Of a stretch of 64,000 nt of DNA, positions 57,224 through 64,000 are shown in pieces (position 1 is the stretch's first letter; each line of letters begins with the position of its first letter). The position numbers and the translations under genes were made by a program. Origin of the DNA: Chlorokybus atmophyticus (Eukaryota; Plantae; Mesostigma and Chlorokybus algae); NCBI GenBank assembly GCA_009103225.1, contig RHPI01000773.1:334003-398002 (forward strand). Reading direction: 5' to 3'. The notes under the pieces were generated by a model, which saw only the letters and a list, made by a program, of their open reading frames with translations, made no database searches and was not told the DNA's origin.

Positions 57224-60200
57224 CTAAATGATGTGGTCTTGTTTGGAGGGCAAGCGCAAGAACATGGAGACAGGCGGCGGTGGCGTGGGCGAGCGGAAGC
57301 GTGGGGGTCGCAGCGCGATCATCCCCGCCACTGCCATAAGCGGCTTCGGGAAGAAGTAAAGCAGGAAGGAGAGGATGAAGCAAGAGACCATCGCCACGCA
57401 TGACACCCGCGGATCCGCCCTGCGCGCGTGTGCATGGGTTCAGACATGCTACCACATGCTTGTTCGGCGTGTGCATGTGTGCTGATTTGGATTATGCGCA
57501 AACGCATGGGCTCATATGCAGGTGCATGTGTAAGTACGCATGCCTATGCGTGTATGTGTGCTCGTGTGCAGGCGCGTGCAGCGATCGGTTGTGCCTGTCC
57601 GAGCACAAGTGTGCACATGCCTAAACCATGCGCGGTTAGCTGAATGTGGTGGTGCCAAACAAACATGACAGCCTCACGGCATCTGCCACCAACAGTTGAA
57701 AAGAGACGATGGAGACATACCACTTGAAGAGGTAGGTCACACGCTCGTAGTTATTTGCGTGTGTGCCGAGGTAGTCCTGTACGCTGGCGAGCACGCGCAT
57801 GGTGTTCTTATAGTGGTGCTGTAGGTACGCGTAGGGGTTGAGTCCCCGCGTCGGTGAGGACACGCTATCTTCCTCATCACTGCTACTACTACTATCATCA
57901 TCATCACCATCACCACCATCATTATCATCCTTCTTCTCATCACCATCGTCATCCTTCTCGGATACATCCTTGTAGCCCTCCAACGCAAGGACGGGCCCGT
58001 CGGCGCGGTGGAACCACGTGCGCGCGAGGGTGAGAGAGATGGAAAGACAGAGAAGAGGGAGCAGCAGGCCGGGACGAGCGCAGATGAAGACGTACGTACC
58101 CACCACGCTTGAGCTGAGGTAAGGCCTGCGTGCACGTGTGAGTGTGAGTGTGCGTGCATGTACGCATGAGTGTGTGGGTATGTGTGTGCGTGGGTGCATG
58201 GGTGCAGGTGCGAGCGCGCACCCGTGCATGCATGTGCGTACGCATGCGTGAGTATGTGCATGGATGCATGAATCTGCACATGCACATGCACACACCCGTG
58301 CATGCGTGTGCATGGATGCATGGATCTGCACATGCACATGAATGCACGGGTGCGTGCATGTGCATGCATATTTGGATGTGCGTGCGTGCGTGCACATGTG
58401 GGTGCATGTGGGTGAGTGCGCATGCACGCTCAAAAGCATGCATGTGCGTATACATTGATGTGCGTGTGTGCACATGTGGGTGTATGTATGTTACCTGTCC
58501 CAAGAGCGGACAATTGCCAACCACTTTTTCACTGGCGCCAGCGGCTCCAAAGTCTCTCTGTATGTTACCCAACCGCAGTCAGGTAGTACACAATCAGCGC
58601 ACTGACCGCGGTCACACACCCAGGACTCACCAACTCACTGACCTGGTGCGGTTGTAGTTGATCTTTGCTATGCGCAGATCAAAGTCATAATGGTTGTCTC
58701 TCACGCGCTTCACCACCTCCGGCCGTATCTGCAAAGCGGGCTCGTTCTCCTTCAACGCCTTGACCAACTCCTGGATGGCAACAACATCCCAACATCACCA
58801 ACAGGCACTTCTTGCTCACACCCACCCACCCACAAGTGCACCCGCACGCACCCACACACCTTTGTGAGTATCTTGTGTCTCCTCGCGCGTTCTGCATCGG
58901 TCGCGTCCTCGATGTACGCCTCCGCGGGCATGGCGGGGCGTATATACGCCCTGAGTAGGGCCGCGCGAGACGGGACCGCCAGGCAGAACACCAGACGGAG
59001 CCAGCCCACACGACGGACGGGGATGCTGTTGTTGTTACTGTTACTGCTGCTGTTGTTGTTGTTGTTGTTGTTTCCCCCGCTCGTGTCAGGTACCAACAAT
59101 TGGAACTGTGGCGATGACAGTGTGGACACACAATGTGTCTCAGTGCAAGCGGCCGCATGGTTGATTGGGTGCATACATGTTGGTTGACATTGCTACTTAT
59201 TGAGTACTCTCTCACCTTGCGGTCGTATCGGCGGTTGGCATCGAGTGTACTGAGCCGCATCCGTACCTACCCACATGAAATTACTAACTGATCAATCCTT
59301 GCATTGCACAATGATTGCATTTGTGAACAATGCTAACCACACACCCACATACGCACACAAAGACGCGCGCACGCACGAATGCGCTCACTCCTACGCATGC
59401 AAGCGCCCACACGCCCACACGCCCACACATGCACAACGGCTTCTCCTACCATGCCGAGGAATGCGTCTTCTCGTCCCCGCCCGCGCACGCGTCGTCCCGA
59501 GCAGTCGTCCCACAGCGTGACGGTGAGGAGGGACGAGGGCTCGCGCACCTCGAAGCGGAAGCAGTCGTCGAACACGGCCTCGCGGCTGTTCACAATCACC
59601 GCCGTCTTCTCCCACCTTGACACAATCAACACATATAGTCAAACACGCACGCGCACGCCCACACACATACCATGCACACGGATACCCTTGAACACCCACG
59701 CACAGACAGTGACACATACCCACACACACGCGCGCACGCACAGTGATACCCACCCACACGCATGTACACACGCACGCGCGCGCGCACGTACCCCCCACCC
59801 ACCCCACCTATGTTCGTACTGCACGACGCAGTACGTATCCGGCTCCCCTCCCCCTCCCTCCCCCTCGTCCACCTTCGCCGCCACCACCTGCAGGTCCAGC
59901 GCCGCCACCACCGGTTTGCTCTCGTCCGGCGCCAGCACCCCCGCCGCGTCGGGTCCACGTAAGACTCGTGATATGAAGTTGGCGCGGGCGTCATCTCCTT
60001 CCTTGTGGTCGAGGGCCGAGGAGATGGTGGAGGAGGTGGTGAGGGGGTTGGGGGGGTCGATGGCGTGGAGAGTCAGGCGGGCGCCGACCTGGGAGAGGAC
60101 GTGCGTGGGTAGTCGTGTGACAACGTACAGAGTTCATATATGCGGTGGATGTGTACACGCACGCACGCACGCACGCACGCAACATTGTACGCTCATCCAT

Positions 60201-63200
60201 GCCACGCTCCTGTACCTCACCGCAGTCGGGACTGAACTTGAACCACTGTCGCTCCACGCTCTTGCTCTTGTCGTCCTTGTCATTCTCGTCCTCGGGGTAC
60301 ACCTTGGGTATGCTCGCGATCTCGGCGTAGGCCTCCCCGAGGGTAGTGTCCGTCAACCTACTCTGCACATACCCCAAGTGTCTGTGTGCGCATGCGCGTA
60401 CGTGCTTGCGTTCGCGCCTGCACGTGCGTGTACCTGTGCAAGTGATAGTGCACGCGTGCATGCGTGTGCACGCGCATAACCCGTGCTTGTGCGCTTGTAA
60501 GTGCGCGTGTGCACGTGCGTGCATGCATGTGCGTGCGTGCATATGTGTCTGTACGTGCCCGCATGCGCATGCGGCCGTGTGCATGATGGCACACTCCCAA
60601 ACATGCAAGCTTGCATACATCCCCCCCTCACCTGGAACGGTCCCCTTATCCTCAGCACGAACCCCACCCTTCTCGGCGCCACGCTCCTCCTCAGTCCCCC
60701 CACCTCGAACACGATCGCTCCCGGGTAGCGCACGACCGCCTTGGCGTCGCGTCGCCGTCGCACGCGCACCTCGTGGGTCCGCACGGACTTGTCGCCCACG
60801 TGGACGTCGGTGTAGATGGAAGCGGAGGGCTGGAGCTTGAGGCGGGCGGCGTCGAGGAGGGAGGCGGAACGGTCGAGGAGGAGGTTCTGGGAGGGGGGAG
60901 GGAGAAGGTGTGTGCGTGTATGTGTGCATGCAAAGCGCGTTCGCGTGCGCGTGCGTGTGCGCATGCGTATGCAAGCAAACATCCGCATGCATGAGCGCAC
61001 GCGCGCATGTGCGCCTGTCTGTGCACGTGTGTGTACATGCGTGCGTGCCTGCGTGTGCATGTGCCCGTGGGCTCGCAGGTATGGGCGTGAGGACGTGCAC
61101 GCATACCACACCAACACACCCACAGCAACACAACACACGCGTGCACATGCTTGAAAGCAATTCTGTCGGTGTTTATACCTGCACGCACTCATGCGCATGA
61201 GAGCATGTGCACGTGGATGCGTGCACACGCATGCGCGCAAGAATATGCGCAACTCTCATCTCATTCAGCACATCATTCACTTCATTCACCAACCCCTCAC
61301 TCCACTCACCCTGAGTTCCAGCCCCTCGATCCGCAGCTCCCAGTGATCCTCCTTCGTCCTCATCGTCGCCCCCGACGCCGACACCGACGAGGCCGCCGAC
61401 AGCAGCGACCCCGCGACCGTCCCGCCCGTCAAACCCGACAGCGCCGACAAGATGGGGGTCAAGGGGGTCAAGGCGCCGCTGGGAGCCGGAGAGATAGCCG
61501 CGGCAGCTGATGGACAGGTTGGGTTGTATGTGTTAGATGTGTGTAACATGGGTCAAATGTGTGACACAACAGTTCACACATTTGACACAACAACAATGAC
61601 AACATGAACGACATGTTGAGTTGTGGGCATGTCTCAGATGCAATGGTCCTTACGCTTCACACCACCACCACCACCACCACCACCACCACAACAGCAACAT
61701 CATGCCCACCTGGTTCCGGTGCCGGTGTGACATACGCCGCGCCGATGAGGATTTCCCCCGAGATGTTGGCCGCGAGCGTGGACGAGGGGGAGTAGCTTGT
61801 GTAGTGGGTGATGGCGGCCTGCAGCTGCGTGCGGAAGCGGCGGGGTTGGAGGGGGAGCCAGGTGGCGTGCTGACGGGCGCATTCGGGACCACCTGAGAGT
61901 GATGTTGATGACAACGAGTGTGCGTGCGCGTGCAAGCGTGCGTGCGTATGTGTGTGCACAAGCACATGCGTGCACGTGATTGTGATTGTGCGGATATGAG
62001 TGCGAATGCGTCTGCGTGCACACGTGTGTGCGCATACGTGTGAGCGTGGATGTGTGTACCTGTCGCGGTGATTTCACCCAGGGGTATCTCCACCATGCCC
62101 TGAAAACTCCTTGTCAGCCCCTGCACGGGGACACTTGTTGGCCTACCATCCTCGCACATGTCGCACACTGTCTTGTGATGCAGCGTGGCATTTTGTAGTG
62201 TAGTGTGTTATAAGTGCAACGTATGTATGCAAGATTTTGTTCGCTGTGCAATGTGGTAACCCCTTGATTGTACACTCACTACTACAACGACATGCAACTG
62301 CTGCTCTCACCTTTTCCCACACCTCCACCCTCAAGACCGCCCCCTCCCCCTCCCCTTCGTCTTTATCACCACCATCCTTGTCCTCCTCCCCCTCCTCCTC
62401 CCCCTCCTCCCCCATGGCCCCCGCCTCGTCCACCACCTTGAAGTCGAACACCGCGTCCCACGCGATGACGGTGCTAGAGTTGTTGGTGGAGTTGCTGCTG
62501 CTGGTGGTGGTGGTGGAGGTGGGAATGGTGTTGCCGGGACGTGTGCGGGCGCGCTGCCCGCAGGCTTTGAACTTCACGTAGACCTGAGAGATGGGGAGGA
62601 GTGGAGGTGGGTGGGACTCAGTACAAGTCACAGGTTGGGGGGGGGGGGGGGGGGGGGGGGGNNNNNNNNNNNNNNNNNNNNNNNNNNNNNNNNNNNNNNN
62701 NNNNNNNNNNNNNNNNNNNNNNNNNNNNNNNNNNNNNNNNNNNNNNNNNNNNNNNNNNNNNNNNNNNNNNNNNNNNNNNNNNNNNNNNNNNNNNNNNNNN
62801 NNNNNNNNNNNNNNNNNNNNNNNNNNNNNGGGGGGGGGGGAGGGGGAGATGATTGGGTGTGGAGTGTATGCACCAACCAACAAATCAACAAGCACACAAC
62901 CAGCAATCGACATGAGAGGGGAGTGAGAGTGAAAGTGCGAGTGCGAGTGCGCACACTCGCGCACAAAGCCCGCAAGTGTGACACCTGGCAGAAGACGCTG
63001 CTGCATACAGCTGGGTGTATACGAGTGTATGCAGTCAATTGACGACGTACTCAAAACTCAAAACGAAAACTACAGCGGCCCAAGTACACACACATGCACG
63101 AGTTATTGCGCATGTGTAACGTGATGTGAAGAGAATATTTATTGCCACACGCATGCAAAGTGTTCACATGTAGAATACAATCTACCTGTGGCGGGGTGTC

Positions 63201-63900
63201 ATTGAGCTTCAACAGTATGTTCCGCTTATCCGGCAGTCCCCTCGCCTCACCGATCCAGACCCTCAGCCTCCTCACCGCCACCACCCCACCCTCCATGCCG
63301 ACGACGACGACAGCGACAGCTACGCCTTCATCACCACATCCCCTCCGCCGCCGCTGCTGACGACGGCATGCCACGTGGCAACAATGGATGACACGGATAT
63401 ATGAATCTCTCAGCTGCTATATATCACATATACCAACGGAGCAGGTAGATATCGGAGTTTGGCACTACTATCAGCATACAGCGATATCACTATATATGGT
63501 TGATGTCGGGAGTTTGCCACGTGGCTGTCAGGCAGAGAGTTTTGGCCGCCTGCGGCGGCGGAGGTGGTGGCGGTGGCAGGGGAGGCGGGATGGAGGGTGG
63601 TGTGCGTGTTGAGGAATCAAGGTGGGGGTGGCGAGGTACGGGTGTTGGAGACGCGGTGAGGGAGGCGGCGGGGTCGGCTTACCTCACCACTCTGGTGCGC
63701 CCAACTAACTTTTGGTCTGTATAGATGCTGGGTCAAGCGTGCAAGTGTTCATGTAAGTGGTTGATACTTACATGCAATGAATTTGCGTTTCGTCCTGTTT
63801 GAAGGGTGGGCTGGAGATTCTGGAGAACGTTGCGTACCACGCCACGCGTGCCATCATCCCCCCTCGCAAGGTGCAGTGTGGTACACGACACACAGAAGTG
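57224..63900 (-). CDS. Multiple C2 domain and transmembrane protein (MCTP/FTIP/QUIRKY-like, PRT_C C-terminus); 5' end probably outside the window
   Basis: Several C2 exons (LRVWIGEARGL, YVKFKACGQRART...WDAVFDF, LDLQVVAAK...DTYCVVQY, FDDCFRFEVREPSSLLTVTLWD), EPALQIRPEVV, and a PRT_C-like end (VQDYLGTHANNYERVTYLFKW, DPRVS...LRPPRFRSPTPPPPVSMFLRLPSKQDHII*). Confidence 0.85.
62636..62845. other. Assembly gap (N 62662-62829) flanked by poly-G
   Basis: The N run has G homopolymers on both sides and lies inside an MCTP intron. Confidence 0.9.
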
Positions 63901-64000
63901 TTGATTAGGCATGCATGACTTATGACACACCTAAATACACACATACATGCACAATCGTTGTGTGTTGTGTCAACAACCGCGCTCCCAATGGGACACGCAA

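Noticed and set aside
57636-61252. Long His/Thr/Cys/Val-rich ORFs on both strands (for example 59991..61160 and 59379..60479)
   Set aside because: They are translations of (RY)n intron sequence and of antisense MCTP exons.

Overview
Eukaryotic genomic DNA, most likely from a green alga. Evidence: intron-rich genes with GT/GC-AG introns, a plant-type tRNAi-Met primer site, an MCTP/PRT_C gene, and the standard genetic code. Host genes: an orphan membrane protein (276-2512 +); Prp3 (-) head-to-head with CCT2/TCP1-beta (+); a short orphan; two tandem paralogs of an uncharacterised domain, the first with four AT-hooks and a Glu-rich tract; a probable ARM-repeat gene; a membrane protein; a FAM241-like gene head-to-head with an SR45a/Tra2-like RRM gene that has duplicated, apparently mutually exclusive exons; and a multi-C2 MCTP gene running off the right end. 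The centre (about 19.3-37.4 kb) is a three-layer nest. (1) An AT-rich, apparently intronless, heavily decayed myosin-like gene (motor, IQ motifs, RING-like tail). (2) Inserted into it, a 14.5-kb EnSpm/CACTA-type transposon with CACCG 15-bp TIRs and a CAT TSD; it carries a divergent TnpA-like gene and a TnpD transposase followed by an NSD-type PHD-C5HCH module and a Ulp1/C48 protease. (3) Inserted antisense into a transposase intron, a young, near-intact Ty1/Copia element primed by a tRNAi-Met half-molecule. A decayed Penelope-like RT lies at 12.8-14.6 kb. The poly-C/poly-G runs, N gaps and an exact 229-bp CCT2 copy look like assembly artefacts. All family assignments come from motif recognition by eye; no database search was run.
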